DNA from: Andalucia godoyi And28
Taxonomy: Eukaryota; Protista; Jakobida
Direction: 5' to 3'
Length of the DNA: 64,000 bases
NCBI GenBank assembly: GCA_009859145.1
Contig: VRVR01000049.1
Location: forward strand, 1-64,000
Numbering within the stretch: position 1 is the stretch's first letter; each line of letters opens with the position of its first letter. The notes below the pieces were generated by a model. The model saw only the letters and a list, made by a program, of their open reading frames with translations. It had not been told where the DNA came from and ran no database searches. Positions 21,324 to 32,327 of the stretch are shown one piece after another. The position numbers and the translations under genes are program-made.

Positions 21324-24300
21324 ATGATGGAGGAAGACGTGATTCTGTTCCCTTCCAGATTCTATTTTTCTCAAGCTTTTCAAGACACAGAGTCAGATTT
21401 GCTGCAAGATTGGCACGCGTTCCAGGCATATCGAGATGAAATGATTCCGACCAGCAACGGACTCGGATCCGGATTCGGATTCGGGCATCAGGGTTTGAGG
21501 AATGTCCCGAAGCCACAGCTGCTGCAGTCCTTCTTTGCTGTCGGTGGCGACGCTCCCGCTGTGGACTCCGAGATTGTGGATGTGGAGCAATTTCTGCAGG
21601 TTGTCTACGATTCGTGCATGTCGCTGAGCGCTCGAATGGACAGTCGCTTGTACGATGGTCCGGATGTTTTCAACAAGTTCCTCCACAGCTGCTTTTGCAA
21701 CCTGTCTTCGTTGGACAACACGAATGAAATGAATTTGGATATTCTGAAGCGAGCATTTTCGGTCACAAGCAGACGCCTTGGCTGTGTCGCCTGTACAGGA
21801 ACTGACCATGCTGCACTTCTCGCGTTTGCGGAAGGGATTCTTTTGCCGTACTCGACCGGTAACATCTTCGAAATGCTGTTCATGTGGGAGCTTTCCATGT
21901 GCGTTCTTGGACGATCAATGGCAGAAGCCCAGTCGGTCGTGGATCGACCGGCTTCCGTGTCGGTGGTCGATCGCTGTCTCTGTCTGATTGCCTCCAGCAT
22001 CACCTTGAGCATTCTCAGCCGCGCGACAGGAAAGTTTCCTCTCAACAGCGAGTATGAACATCGTTTGTTTGCGCGCCTTCTGGGGAGTTTCCAAAAGGTG
22101 ATCGCGATGACGGGCAGATCTGACGTGTGGCTTTTCCTGGAAAGTGCTCCGCTGACGATCGGTGACCATATTGTTTCTTCAGAAAGAGAGGTTGTGATTT
22201 GGTACTTGATCTGGTGTTGTCGCTCCCACTTGGTCCCGGATCTCTCGCTTCCGTGGAAAAGCTTCATATCCCGCTATCTGCATCTTTCGCCCGCGACCTG
22301 TCGAGACCACTTGTATCGAATTTGCGTCTTGGTTGACTCCAGACCTCCGTCCTCCATCGACCCGGTCATGGAGCTGATCAACACCGTTCTCCGCCATGGC
22401 TGGCATTCCGAACTCAGTGTTTTTCCGCCTCGTTTTCAGGATGCACTTCGCGACTCTCACGCTACCCACTCGGAGTCGCCTGTTTCGTTGATCTTCCAGA
22501 TGGTCAAGATTGTCAGTGGCAAATGGGCGACCGCCGATCTTCGGTTGTTCAATCTATTTCTTTCTGCCGTTTGCGAAGGACTCGAGGCATCTGTGCGACG
22601 TCGCCATGACACCGACACTGCTCTTTCGCCGTGTGTCCTTCGATACTACCTTTGTTTGGTGTGCATTCTTGCAACCGGTGCACCAGTCAACCAAATGCCC
22701 GTGTTGATTCATCGGGTTTCCAAGTCCTTTGATATTTCGTCCAGCAACAGCGCATCCACAAAGGTTTTCGTGGAATTCTTGGCTCTCATGTGCACAATCC
22801 ATCAGCGCCGACAAATTTCCATCAAGGGCGTTGCCGATATCCTGAATGTGGTGCTGTTGTCGGTGATTGGGAGACAGTCGCCATCCGACGTGCGTGCATC
22901 TGCATACGATGAGGATCTCGTCCGGTATGTGTTCTCCTGCCTTGCCTACATGATCAAGAAATCCCCGGATATGGGATCTTGTGAAGAATATACATTCATA
23001 CAGGACGCCGTCTTGTTTGTGCTCAAGCACCCGCAAAAGTTTCCCGTTTCCATATCGCGGAGTGTCATCAAGATTCTGCGCTCCATCATATCCAGCCCTG
23101 CGTCCGTCCCTGCCCAAGATCACAAGAAGTGCTCCTGGTGGCTCCATGCGGTGCATCAACACCTAATTAACATCATCACGTCAACTTCCATTGCGCTGGG
23201 GGACGATCATGAACAGGATCTGACTCCCTTGTTTGAGATGGTGGATCTCTGCAGCTACGCATGTATTCAAATGGTGCACAGCGGTGTATCAAACTGGCAA
23301 ACGATTGTCTCCATTTTTTCAAAGCTGAAATGGCTGAAGTCCGTTCGATTCGCTTCGCGGCAAGTGCTCTTTCGATTCTACTTTAGAGTTTGCCATGTTC
23401 AGCATCCCCTGGTTCTTTTACATTCCTTTGCTTTTTGGGTCTTCAGCCTGTGCGAATACAAGATCACGTTTCAGCACTCGTTCACGGAAAGGATGCTCGA
23501 GACAGAAACGCTTTCCGGGTTGGCACGGTCCTTGGATGTCGGTGCTCAGGGGCTGTCGGATCGCCGACATTTTGGGAAGCTGCGACTCCGGTTGCTCGAG
23601 ATGTTGCTTGCTAACGAATTTGTCTTTGCAGAGGCACAGTGTCCCTTCCGGCTGGTGATTCAGCCGTGCCTCGCTGCGCTGCTGTGGTACCTTTCTCTTT
23701 CGCCGTCCTCCGTGCCGATTGAGGGAGTTGCATGCGGCCCGTTTACATTTGATGTTCTCTCGCTCTTTCTGAAAAGCAAACCTCGGCTGTTCTACGATAC
23801 TCGGGACTCTCAGAATACGTTGCTGTCTTGGATCTTGGACCATTTCTTCAACTTTGTCAAGGTGTTGCCACTGGCCAAAGTGTCCTTACGTCTCTCTCAT
23901 TTTCCATCTCTGTTTCTCCTCTTTTGCAGTCTCGGCATGTGGGACTTCAAGGATCCGTATCTTCTGAGACAGTTTGTGAACTCGTTTTGCAGGAATCTGT
24001 TTGAAAATATTCTCTGGAATGCCTCTGAAAACGACGAACTTCGCTTCCATGTTTTGTCTTCATCCCTATCCCAGGCGCCGTCTCCTTTTGCGTGGAGCTT
24101 TGGATCGTCGATCCTTTCCTATTATCTTCTGCGGTGCAATGAGTTCCCGATACATGTCCGCAAAACAGCGTTCAAAACCGTGAATTATCTGCTGGTGCAA
24201 GCCTCCTCCTCGGCTCCGCACGGGTGTTTAGAAGACCTCTATCTGGCACTTATCTCTGCTGTTGTTCGACTACCTCTCAACTCATCCGAAACACTATGGG

Positions 24301-24935
24301 TTCTTCATGATGGCGTGCGTTCGATCGCAGAGTGTTTTGAGAAGCTCAAAGAATGCACTCTATGCCATTCGTCCAACGTCGCCACTCTCAGCCAGTACTT
24401 GTCTGTCATTGTCCTGAAGTTCACTGTCAGTGTTCTGGAGCTGCTGCTTCCCGCCCCGAGTGCAGGTCAGCGTGATGGCCCCAGCATAAGAGGACTGTTC
24501 TCTACCCTTTCTTGCAACCAGCCGAATCCGCGAGAAGCCGATGTTCTTCGACTTGTGTCGTCGTTTGCAGAGCGGGACCGTTTTCGATCGCTGAGCTCGG
24601 TGTTTGGGTCAAAAGTGCATTCGACGAATTCCATTCCTGTGCACCCGTCCTTGCCTCTTCAACAGTACCGGTCTCTTCTGTCTTCGTTGTTCACCCTTGC
24701 GTCGATGCTGCTTCCGCTGTCGACAGACGCTGTTCGAGCCGATTGGGAGCACATTTGGATCATGCTTCGGAAACGAAAGCTGAACCCTAATCGCGAAGGA
24801 GTCAAAGGAGTCCTGTGCTTGCTGCGAGACGCCAACGATCCGGCTTCTCTTGAGCTTGCCCGACTCGGAATGGACCGCTCCGCCGACGACAACTCCACTG
24901 CTGCTCTTCTCTCCGTTTCCTTCTGTCGACTGTAG
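21324..24935 (+). CDS. Large helical protein, MMS22L/Mus7-like, 1203 aa
   Basis: FWVFSLCEYKITFQHSFTERML resembles the Mus7/Mms22 W..SL.E....KFQH.FT..LL signature; WDFKDPYLLRQF resembles the D.YL motif in the MMS22L C-terminal region; size is compatible. Confidence 0.55.
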   Translation: MMEEDVILFPSRFYFSQAFQDTESDLLQDWHAFQAYRDEMIPTSNGLGSGFGFGHQGLRNVPKPQLLQSFFAVGGDAPAVDSEIVDVEQFLQVVYDSCMSLSARMDSRLYDGPDVFNKFLHSCFCNLSSLDNTNEMNLDILKRAFSVTSRRLGCVACTGTDHAALLAFAEGILLPYSTGNIFEMLFMWELSMCVLGRSMAEAQSVVDRPASVSVVDRCLCLIASSITLSILSRATGKFPLNSEYEHRLFARLLGSFQKVIAMTGRSDVWLFLESAPLTIGDHIVSSEREVVIWYLIWCCRSHLVPDLSLPWKSFISRYLHLSPATCRDHLYRICVLVDSRPPSSIDPVMELINTVLRHGWHSELSVFPPRFQDALRDSHATHSESPVSLIFQMVKIVSGKWATADLRLFNLFLSAVCEGLEASVRRRHDTDTALSPCVLRYYLCLVCILATGAPVNQMPVLIHRVSKSFDISSSNSASTKVFVEFLALMCTIHQRRQISIKGVADILNVVLLSVIGRQSPSDVRASAYDEDLVRYVFSCLAYMIKKSPDMGSCEEYTFIQDAVLFVLKHPQKFPVSISRSVIKILRSIISSPASVPAQDHKKCSWWLHAVHQHLINIITSTSIALGDDHEQDLTPLFEMVDLCSYACIQMVHSGVSNWQTIVSIFSKLKWLKSVRFASRQVLFRFYFRVCHVQHPLVLLHSFAFWVFSLCEYKITFQHSFTERMLETETLSGLARSLDVGAQGLSDRRHFGKLRLRLLEMLLANEFVFAEAQCPFRLVIQPCLAALLWYLSLSPSSVPIEGVACGPFTFDVLSLFLKSKPRLFYDTRDSQNTLLSWILDHFFNFVKVLPLAKVSLRLSHFPSLFLLFCSLGMWDFKDPYLLRQFVNSFCRNLFENILWNASENDELRFHVLSSSLSQAPSPFAWSFGSSILSYYLLRCNEFPIHVRKTAFKTVNYLLVQASSSAPHGCLEDLYLALISAVVRLPLNSSETLWVLHDGVRSIAECFEKLKECTLCHSSNVATLSQYLSVIVLKFTVSVLELLLPAPSAGQRDGPSIRGLFSTLSCNQPNPREADVLRLVSSFAERDRFRSLSSVFGSKVHSTNSIPVHPSLPLQQYRSLLSSLFTLASMLLPLSTDAVRADWEHIWIMLRKRKLNPNREGVKGVLCLLRDANDPASLELARLGMDRSADDNSTAALLSVSFCRL

Positions 24936-25196
24936 CCGCTGGCTCTCCTCCCACTCGAACTCTCAAACGTCTAAAAACATTTCCTCTCTGTTCCTGGTCT
25001 CTCTGGTCCGAATGCTTATCTGAAATTTCCATAGTGCTGAAAGCTTGCTTGGAAGAGCCGCACATCATAATACCTAATTACCCCATCCTTTTACGAGGTG
25101 CACTTCATTGTACTCTATACCCTGTTGATTAGTGAGTCGAAGCAGTGTTTACCTGTTTTTGGTGTTGGTTTCGTGGTTTGCTTGCTGCGCCAAAAA

Positions 25197-26759
25197 ATGT
25201 CTTCGCTGGACCACCTCGTGTTGTGCATCCCAGGCATTGGGTCACGGTCCATTCGCAATTCATATAACACACCGTTGCCAATCCTTGTGAATCATTTGCA
25301 GTCGAACATCCAGCTCGTAAGTCCGCCAAACCTGAAAATCGCGCTTCGGTTCATCGACTGGTCGACTTCAGTCCACAATCTCGTGGATGCGCCGATTGCC
25401 GCGTTGACGCCGCCCTCGATTCCTCGAATGCGCAACTTCTTAAACACTGTGTTGTGCGATGTCCTGCTGTTCTTATCTCCGGTGTACGGCCCTCAGATTG
25501 TGGAGTCCGTGATTTCGCAGTTGAATAGAACATATGAAGAACAGAACACCAGATATTCGCCTGCAAAGTACGTGTCCATTGTTGCGCATTCGCTTGGTGG
25601 AGTCATTTTTCACCACATTCTCAAGGAGCATTCCGACAAGCTGGCGTTCCAAGTGCATTCGTTCATATGCCTTGGATCGCCGCTGGGGCTGTTCTCATTG
25701 GTGAGTGGCATGACGGAAGTGGATCGACGCGTGCGCAACATCTTCCATCCACTGGACCCCGTTGGATACCGCGTCGAACCTCTCGAAGACGAAGGCATGA
25801 GTGCGATGGCTCCCGTCATGCTTCCACACTGGATTCCCATGCGACCCCAGACAACTACTTCCGCTTCCTCAGCCTCAGCCTCGGCCTCAGCCTCAGCGTC
25901 GACTTTGGCTTCCGTGTCGACGACAACGACAACAACGATGACGACGACGACGACGACGACTTCCTTGACCGCGACCTCCGCTTTTCCCTCCTCCACGACA
26001 TTGCAATCTCAAATGCAGCCGCAGCCGCAGCCGCAGCCGATGGTCGGTAGCGCGGACACGACGGGTAGCTCTGCAACGGTTACGACCTCGACATTGTCTG
26101 CGTCATCCACCGTTTCGACGTCCGTTGTCCTGCCTCCTGCTGAATCAGAGTCTGCACAGCCAGCGGTTGTGATGCAGCAAGCGGAGAGTATAGTCGAAGC
26201 CGCAGTCGCTGCGGACGAGATCGCCACAATGACCGACACTGCCGACGTGCCGCCACCCGAAGACCTGGATGCGATCATGGCCAGCGGTGTGGCTCCCCTT
26301 CCACGAGCCACGCCGTCGGCCGGTCCGCCGTCGAGCGTGATGAATGCAATGAAGAGCGGACTGTCGTCGATCATGACTCGAGTCAGCTCATGGGGTGTCG
26401 GTGTTGGCGCAGCAATGAGCTCTTCGAATCCGTATGCAGCAGCGGCGGCGGCGGCGTCTTCTTCGTTTTCCTCAATGAGCGACATGTCCTATGGAGAAAC
26501 GGCTACACCCGTCGTGCGGCCTCTTCCCAGCCTTGTTCTGCAGCAAGCAGACTCGCCGTCGACAACTCCCAAGAAGCCGATCCGTATTCCAGAAGTTCGA
26601 AAGGATTATGTCTTGCAGCTTGATTCGTCTGCGCTAAATGTCCCTGCGGTTGGCGATTACATCGGCTCTCTCCGTGCACATACGAGGTACTGGTATGAGC
26701 GCGATGTCGCGTGGTTCATTGTATCGGAACTTGTTCGAAACTCCAATCTGAAACCATAG
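25197..26759 (+). CDS. DDHD-domain phospholipase A1 family protein
   Basis: HLVLCIPGIG, VSIVAHSLGGVI, CLGSPLGLF, NIFHPLDPVGYRVEPL, RKDYVLQ, AHTRYW; long S/T/A/Q low-complexity insert inside the DDHD domain. Confidence 0.9.
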   Translation: MSSLDHLVLCIPGIGSRSIRNSYNTPLPILVNHLQSNIQLVSPPNLKIALRFIDWSTSVHNLVDAPIAALTPPSIPRMRNFLNTVLCDVLLFLSPVYGPQIVESVISQLNRTYEEQNTRYSPAKYVSIVAHSLGGVIFHHILKEHSDKLAFQVHSFICLGSPLGLFSLVSGMTEVDRRVRNIFHPLDPVGYRVEPLEDEGMSAMAPVMLPHWIPMRPQTTTSASSASASASASASTLASVSTTTTTTMTTTTTTTSLTATSAFPSSTTLQSQMQPQPQPQPMVGSADTTGSSATVTTSTLSASSTVSTSVVLPPAESESAQPAVVMQQAESIVEAAVAADEIATMTDTADVPPPEDLDAIMASGVAPLPRATPSAGPPSSVMNAMKSGLSSIMTRVSSWGVGVGAAMSSSNPYAAAAAAASSSFSSMSDMSYGETATPVVRPLPSLVLQQADSPSTTPKKPIRIPEVRKDYVLQLDSSALNVPAVGDYIGSLRAHTRYWYERDVAWFIVSELVRNSNLKP

Positions 26760-26912
26760 CAACACATGCCCGGTCTTCTCCTTTTAATGCATTCATCGTT
26801 GTTTACACTATGGTGCTGTTTTCTTCTTTTCTTCGTTTTCTCGACAGGTCTTTTTTCTTTTTATCCACCTTTCCTTCCTTGGTTGTTTCTGCTGTGGAGA
26901 CGGTTGCCGCTT

Positions 26913-27611
26913 TCAGACGCCAAATGGCTCCTTTGCGTGCTCCTTGAAGGCCGGAGAATCCCATGCATCTGTATTGTACCTTGAAAATAGAACCTGGTCG
27001 AATGCGTCCCTCATCGCCCAGTCGCCGACTTCCTTGATATTCTGCGATCCAACCGCACTCGAGCAAAGTAAATTTACAAACCCTGCATATGCTGCACTTT
27101 GCTCCACATTCCACCCGAACCGAGCGCGGAGATGGTCCAGTGCAGTTCCTCCTTGCGGGGCCGCAACCGTGCTTTGCTGCGGGTTGACGGATATGGCGGC
27201 TGCAGAGCGGGGTCTTGTGGGGGACGAGTAGGCAGCGGCGGAAGAGGAATGATTGGAGTGGTTTTCTTCATGGGCAGAGGACGACCAAGATCCGCTCATT
27301 CGAGAGGGAGTGCGCGTGCCAGATGCTGATGGAGACCGCGACGTACTCACCGACGACGGCAGAGATGACGAGGACATCAAGGATGACGACGCCGACGAGG
27401 AAGGCGATCGAGGAGGAGAGTACTGTCCTGATCGTCGACGAAATGCAGCTGGCTTTTCAAGAAGAGTCTTTGGCGGAGACAAGTCTAGAGTTGGCTTCAT
27501 CGTTTGAATCTTGTACTCATGAAGCGCCCGATTCATCGCAATGATCTTCCGACCCCCTGAATTGCCATCATCTAGCGCAAAATGTCGTGGATTAAAATGC
27601 GATCGAGACAT
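26913..27611 (-). CDS. Hypothetical Ser-rich protein, 232 aa; N-terminus weakly resembles CFAP97/SPATA7-type ciliary motifs
   Basis: ATG ORF; HEYKIQTMKPTLDLSPP resembles H..KL...KP.ID...P; Ser-rich linker. Confidence 0.55.
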   Translation of the reverse strand: MSRSHFNPRHFALDDGNSGGRKIIAMNRALHEYKIQTMKPTLDLSPPKTLLEKPAAFRRRSGQYSPPRSPSSSASSSLMSSSSLPSSVSTSRSPSASGTRTPSRMSGSWSSSAHEENHSNHSSSAAAYSSPTRPRSAAAISVNPQQSTVAAPQGGTALDHLRARFGWNVEQSAAYAGFVNLLCSSAVGSQNIKEVGDWAMRDAFDQVLFSRYNTDAWDSPAFKEHAKEPFGV

Positions 27612-28166
27612 TCTCCTATGCTTTTCTTCTCTGTTCTCTGTGCGCTATTTCCCTTTGGCTGTTTCCGGGAATGACAAGACCAAAACCAGCAGGAACAAAC
27701 TCTGACGCGGAGACACTGGGACTAAACAACGACAATGATACGTCGTCGTCGTCGTCGTGGTGGTGGTAGTGGTAGTGGTGTGTGATGCTGAGAATTATCA
27801 ACGTCTGAAGAAAGAAAGAAAAAAAGAAATCCGTTTGCTCATTATGTTGATTATATTCAAAACATTAAGAGAGAATTAAAACGGAAAAGCCTTCGCTTTT
27901 CCCAACGGATCCCACAGCCGGAGGACACACGATTCAAACTGTCGTATTTCTGCACTTGAGGCCGCGTTTCTTGAACTGCTCACGAGTCGTGTCTCCCCCA
28001 CTTTCTCACTCTGCTTTTCGTTCGTGTCCATTTGGCCTTCCTTTGCATTTTTCTTCTTCTTCTTCTTCTTCTTATATTATTGTTGTTATCTTTTGTTTTT
28101 TAATTGAGAGAGTGTGTTTATTCAACAGAGTGAGGAGGTGAGTGAGAAGGAAAGGGAGAGTAGGAG

Positions 28167-29276
28167 ATGTGGCGGCGCAATGTAAACTACAATGTGGATT
28201 GTCCGCCTCCGTTTACGACGCATCATGGCGAAGTGAGTGGTGCTCGGATTGCATCGCTTGTTCTGTGCTTCGTGGTGCTGTTTCCGATTCGCTTGGTTGC
28301 TGTGCTGACTGCTGTGCTTGGTCATGCAGTCTTTGTGTATCTAGCTGGACTTGGCGCTCCGGAAGTGCACGTCTCGTATTCTCATCCAACGCTATCGAGT
28401 CGCTGGAGATTCCTGTTCGTCAAGTGGTCCGGACGCATTTTTGCTCGACTCTTGCTGTGGGGGCTTGGCTTCTGGCACATCTCCGAGACTCGGTACGCAG
28501 GATTTGACGCTTCAAAAATGCCTGCGGTTGTCGTTTCCAACCATGTGTCCTACACCGACATCCTATATTTCATCGCGTCAAGCTGCCCAATGTCGTTTGT
28601 CTCCAAAGAAGGCGTCCGTAACGTGCCCTTCATTGGAAACTTCGCCACAAGCTACTGCTCGCTGTACGTCGACCGGTCCAACATCGGTTCCGAAGCGGCG
28701 ACATCAGGAGATGCAAAAAGACTTGGGGATAACAAGAGCGTGATGCGCGGTATCCAAGAGCGTGCGCAGATCTGTGCTTCGCGGAAGGATACGTCCATGA
28801 TCCCTCGTGTTCTCGTCTTCCCGGAAGGAACCACAACCAATGGAAAGTACTTGTTGCAGTTCAAACGGGGTGCGTTTGTACCGCTCGCGCCCGTGCAGCC
28901 GGTGATTCTGAAGTACACGTTTTCCAGATTCGATCCGTCATATCTGCGGCTGACGGGAGCACACATGCTGTGCATGATGTGCCAGTGGTACAACAGCCTG
29001 CATGTCGACTGGTCCGAGCCGATTGCTCCAGATACGCCACTGCACCGCAACCGCAACAGCCCCAGCTCCAGCTCCAGCTCCAGCTCCAGCTCCAGCTCCA
29101 GCTCAAGTCCTGATGCACCGTCCGACATCGATGCGTTTGCAAGAAAGACTTGCGTTCAGATGGCCGCGCGCGCAAAGTTACCCGTCAGCGATGCAACCAT
29201 CCAGGAAAAGAAGCACTTTATGGACACCAAGTTTTGGCCCCAACAGAAAAAGTCAAAAAAGTCCAAACAACAGTGA
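28167..29276 (+). CDS. Lysophospholipid acyltransferase (LPCAT/LPEAT, PlsC family)
   Basis: VVSNHVSYTD (HxxxxD), FVSK, VFPEGTTTNG, FKRGAF..PVQPVILKY; poly-Ser insert encoded by (CCAGCT)n near 29062-29104. Confidence 0.93.
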   Translation: MWRRNVNYNVDCPPPFTTHHGEVSGARIASLVLCFVVLFPIRLVAVLTAVLGHAVFVYLAGLGAPEVHVSYSHPTLSSRWRFLFVKWSGRIFARLLLWGLGFWHISETRYAGFDASKMPAVVVSNHVSYTDILYFIASSCPMSFVSKEGVRNVPFIGNFATSYCSLYVDRSNIGSEAATSGDAKRLGDNKSVMRGIQERAQICASRKDTSMIPRVLVFPEGTTTNGKYLLQFKRGAFVPLAPVQPVILKYTFSRFDPSYLRLTGAHMLCMMCQWYNSLHVDWSEPIAPDTPLHRNRNSPSSSSSSSSSSSSSSSPDAPSDIDAFARKTCVQMAARAKLPVSDATIQEKKHFMDTKFWPQQKKSKKSKQQ

Positions 29277-29458
29277 AGGGGGGCATGCTGAAATGCAGTC
29301 AATTGTATATTTTTCATGAATGATCGTTGTGTGAGAAAGAAAAGAAATAAATCATGGTTTCCTTTGGGGGTTTTTTCCCCCCTTCTTGAGGTAGGAGAAG
29401 AGCAGAAGAAAAGAGGATACGTGTGTGAATGTCTTCCCTCTCCCCTTTCTTTCTTTCT

Positions 29459-31951
29459 TCAGCTGTGATGCGCAAGCAGCGGCATGTCAATAAACTCCTT
29501 GGCAATGTCCACGAGCCAGCGCTCAAACAAACTGGCATGCGTCGAGAGCCATGCGGTGACCTGTGCGCGACACTCTTCAAAAGGCTTCGACGAAAAAGTT
29601 GCGGGCGCCGACAGCTTCGCCACAAATATGGTGCACAGACACGATCGGATGGACTCTGCAGACTTGGAGACGGTGACAAGCACGGGTAGAATGGCAACCA
29701 GCGCATCGGCTTGCTCTTGGTTCGATGACGTGGAAAGTCGGTCTCGCAGCCGAGACCACAGCTCATCCACGGATTCAAGTCCAAGAGCAACACACGCTGA
29801 CTGGCGCATTCCCGAGTCAATTTTTCTGAGAACTTTGCAGATCACAAACGGATCAACTTCCCCACACTCGTGCACGAAGCGCTCTAGAAGCACGGGTGTC
29901 GTCCGTACGGCAATGGAGTTGCAGTACTGGATGGCCATCGACGCCGGTTCTAGATAAGAGGAAAGCACAATGTACAAGGCGGATTCCAGCGCAAATTTTC
30001 GAAAGCTCGAGTCGTTTCCAAGAACCCCGAGATGGAAATGAGAAGTCGTTTTTTCGAGACAATGCGAGCATAACAGACGCAGGAACAAAACGAATTGGTA
30101 CACCGGATACCGAATTGCGTGGACGTCGTACTGCCGCACAATGTCGGAAAGCACCGAGTCACGCTTCGAATACAACAAAAACTCGGTTAGGAAATATGCA
30201 TTGACAGAGCCGATCGATTTGCCGTCTGTTTCGTGCTTCACTGACAACCAATATCCACTGTCGGCGCAACAGAGGAACAAGCGATCGCGAAACAAGCTGA
30301 GAAACACATTCTCCGCCGGATCGTGGTAAACTTTCGCAAATAGAACGGCCTTTTGAAAATCTTCTGGGAGTTCGGGAAGCTCTTGGGCAGAGAGAAACGG
30401 GAATATGGATCGAAAGGACTCCTCCAGAACAACACCGTCCTCCACGCTTGCAGAACGAAACCCCATGACGCGACCTTTGTACCCCAGCTTCTGCCAGCCA
30501 TTGTCTGACTGCACAGAATATTTGCGTAGGCTCGAGCAGTTTGCAGAAAGCAGCGGCGCCGTCGCATGAATAACGTCAAAGGAAAGCGGGTCAACAGTGA
30601 CGAGCTCGCGGACCATGGGCGACAACGGAGGGCGAACAATCAGCTTGGAAAAGGTAGATGACATGTCAAACACCCGGAATACATTGCTTCCGAGGCCATT
30701 GACTCCTCGCGAGGCCGCCATTGCAGAGGGCGAAATTGGAAAGACGTACAGCAGCCCATCTTCACTCTGCAGCATCATTGCGCTTCCTCGGCCAAGCACG
30801 AGAATTCTTCGAACCGACGCACTGAGCACGTCCATGCGGTGGCTAAATGATCCTGTCGACGTTGAAAAGGTGTGCCATTTGCGCTCGGTCTTGGAGACAA
30901 TATGCAGATTGTCATGGAAAGCATCATATGCAAACAACAGCGATGCCGGGTCCACAGAAGACTGCACAACTGCAGAAAAGGCAGCATGTGGCCCGTCCAC
31001 TGGCCCACCTGGAGTCATCGGCGTCGTTGGCGCAGTAGGCACGAGGGGCGCGACGGGAGCGACGGAAAATGCGTGATCCGAGCAGTTGAGAATAATTTGA
31101 AAGGACAGAGCAGTTTCTACAAGTACCAAAAGATTCAGATCAGAAGGCAGACATCCGTCCAGTCCGATAAATAGCAGCAAGTGCGCAGAGCGGGGTGCCG
31201 GCAGGGCATAAAAGACTCTCCAATCCGCGCCATCCGCCTGTGCCGAGACGCAAAACGAATGCGGAGTCGCCGCGAGTCTTGATGGAGATGCGCATGCGAA
31301 CGGCGATGTAAAGGAAACGAGGTAGCAGCGCTTGCGGTCTGCAGAAAAGCATGCGATGATTGATGAATGCGGCCATCCAATAAGCCCCGTCACGGGCTCT
31401 GGCAGCGCAACCGAATGCTGGACCGGTAGTGCGTCTTCCCGGAACCAGCAGACCACTCCGTCGACGACTGCCGCGCAGACCCCAATGCAAGAGAGCGAAA
31501 CCATGGATTCCCATCTGGCCCCATGGACAAAGCAGTTCGAGACCGTGTTCCATTTCGAGTGTTCTGGATGCCACTCGTACAGCGATACCATACGCGAGTG
31601 TCCGTCATCATGACACGTGATCACCCGTGGAACAAACGGATATTCCGCGCGAACTGCAAGTCGCAGCTGCTGCGAATAATCGTGGTGCGATGACCAGTAG
31701 CATTGCCATAGATGCGACGACGACACCGCAGCACACTGCAGATTTCCCCAATTCTTCATACTTTGGTACTGAAAGCTGCTCTTCCCGGACTGCTGCAGCA
31801 CTGGCCTCGACACCAGCCCTGCAGAATTCACAAACAGTGAGTCCGGCGTCGACGTGCTCTGCGGAGCAAACACCACATCCAGATCGCAAGACTCGAACAC
31901 TGCGCCCTCCACACGCATGCACGAGGCCGGACAAGGCCCACAAAACAACAT
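29459..31951 (-). CDS. Hypothetical protein, 830 aa (beta-rich N-terminal half, helical C-terminus)
   Basis: Long ATG ORF; no family confidently recognised. Confidence 0.8.
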   Translation of the reverse strand: MLFCGPCPASCMRVEGAVFESCDLDVVFAPQSTSTPDSLFVNSAGLVSRPVLQQSGKSSFQYQSMKNWGNLQCAAVSSSHLWQCYWSSHHDYSQQLRLAVRAEYPFVPRVITCHDDGHSRMVSLYEWHPEHSKWNTVSNCFVHGARWESMVSLSCIGVCAAVVDGVVCWFREDALPVQHSVALPEPVTGLIGWPHSSIIACFSADRKRCYLVSFTSPFACASPSRLAATPHSFCVSAQADGADWRVFYALPAPRSAHLLLFIGLDGCLPSDLNLLVLVETALSFQIILNCSDHAFSVAPVAPLVPTAPTTPMTPGGPVDGPHAAFSAVVQSSVDPASLLFAYDAFHDNLHIVSKTERKWHTFSTSTGSFSHRMDVLSASVRRILVLGRGSAMMLQSEDGLLYVFPISPSAMAASRGVNGLGSNVFRVFDMSSTFSKLIVRPPLSPMVRELVTVDPLSFDVIHATAPLLSANCSSLRKYSVQSDNGWQKLGYKGRVMGFRSASVEDGVVLEESFRSIFPFLSAQELPELPEDFQKAVLFAKVYHDPAENVFLSLFRDRLFLCCADSGYWLSVKHETDGKSIGSVNAYFLTEFLLYSKRDSVLSDIVRQYDVHAIRYPVYQFVLFLRLLCSHCLEKTTSHFHLGVLGNDSSFRKFALESALYIVLSSYLEPASMAIQYCNSIAVRTTPVLLERFVHECGEVDPFVICKVLRKIDSGMRQSACVALGLESVDELWSRLRDRLSTSSNQEQADALVAILPVLVTVSKSAESIRSCLCTIFVAKLSAPATFSSKPFEECRAQVTAWLSTHASLFERWLVDIAKEFIDMPLLAHHS

Positions 31952-32327
31952 CTATGGCCGGCGGCGGGATCCTGCTGAACCGTCTCCCTCTCTCTCTCTC
32001 TTTCCTTCCTTCTTTTTACTGCACCACAGTAAATTTAATCTAATTAATTAATTGATAAAACTCCCATGAACAATTCTAAACGGTAAACGAACGACGACGA
32101 CGAAACAGAAGAATTATTAGTATAAACAAGAAACCCAATGTATAATACGACGAAAATTCCACCGCCGGTCGTAGATATCAACAGCGGCTCACAAAGGGCG
32201 AAATCCTCTTTCTATTTTCGTTTTGGTTCTTTGGTTCTTTGGTTCTTTGACGCTTGGATTCTTTGGTTCTTTGGTTTTGGAAAAGGTGCTCGGTGGACGG
32301 GAAAGCAGTGCGACTGAGCCGAGAGAG

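Noticed and set aside
25855-26485. Minus-strand ORFs over the DDHD insert and similar shadow ORFs over poly-Ser/Ala tracts
   Set aside because: Produced by trinucleotide/hexanucleotide low-complexity coding sequence on the other strand.
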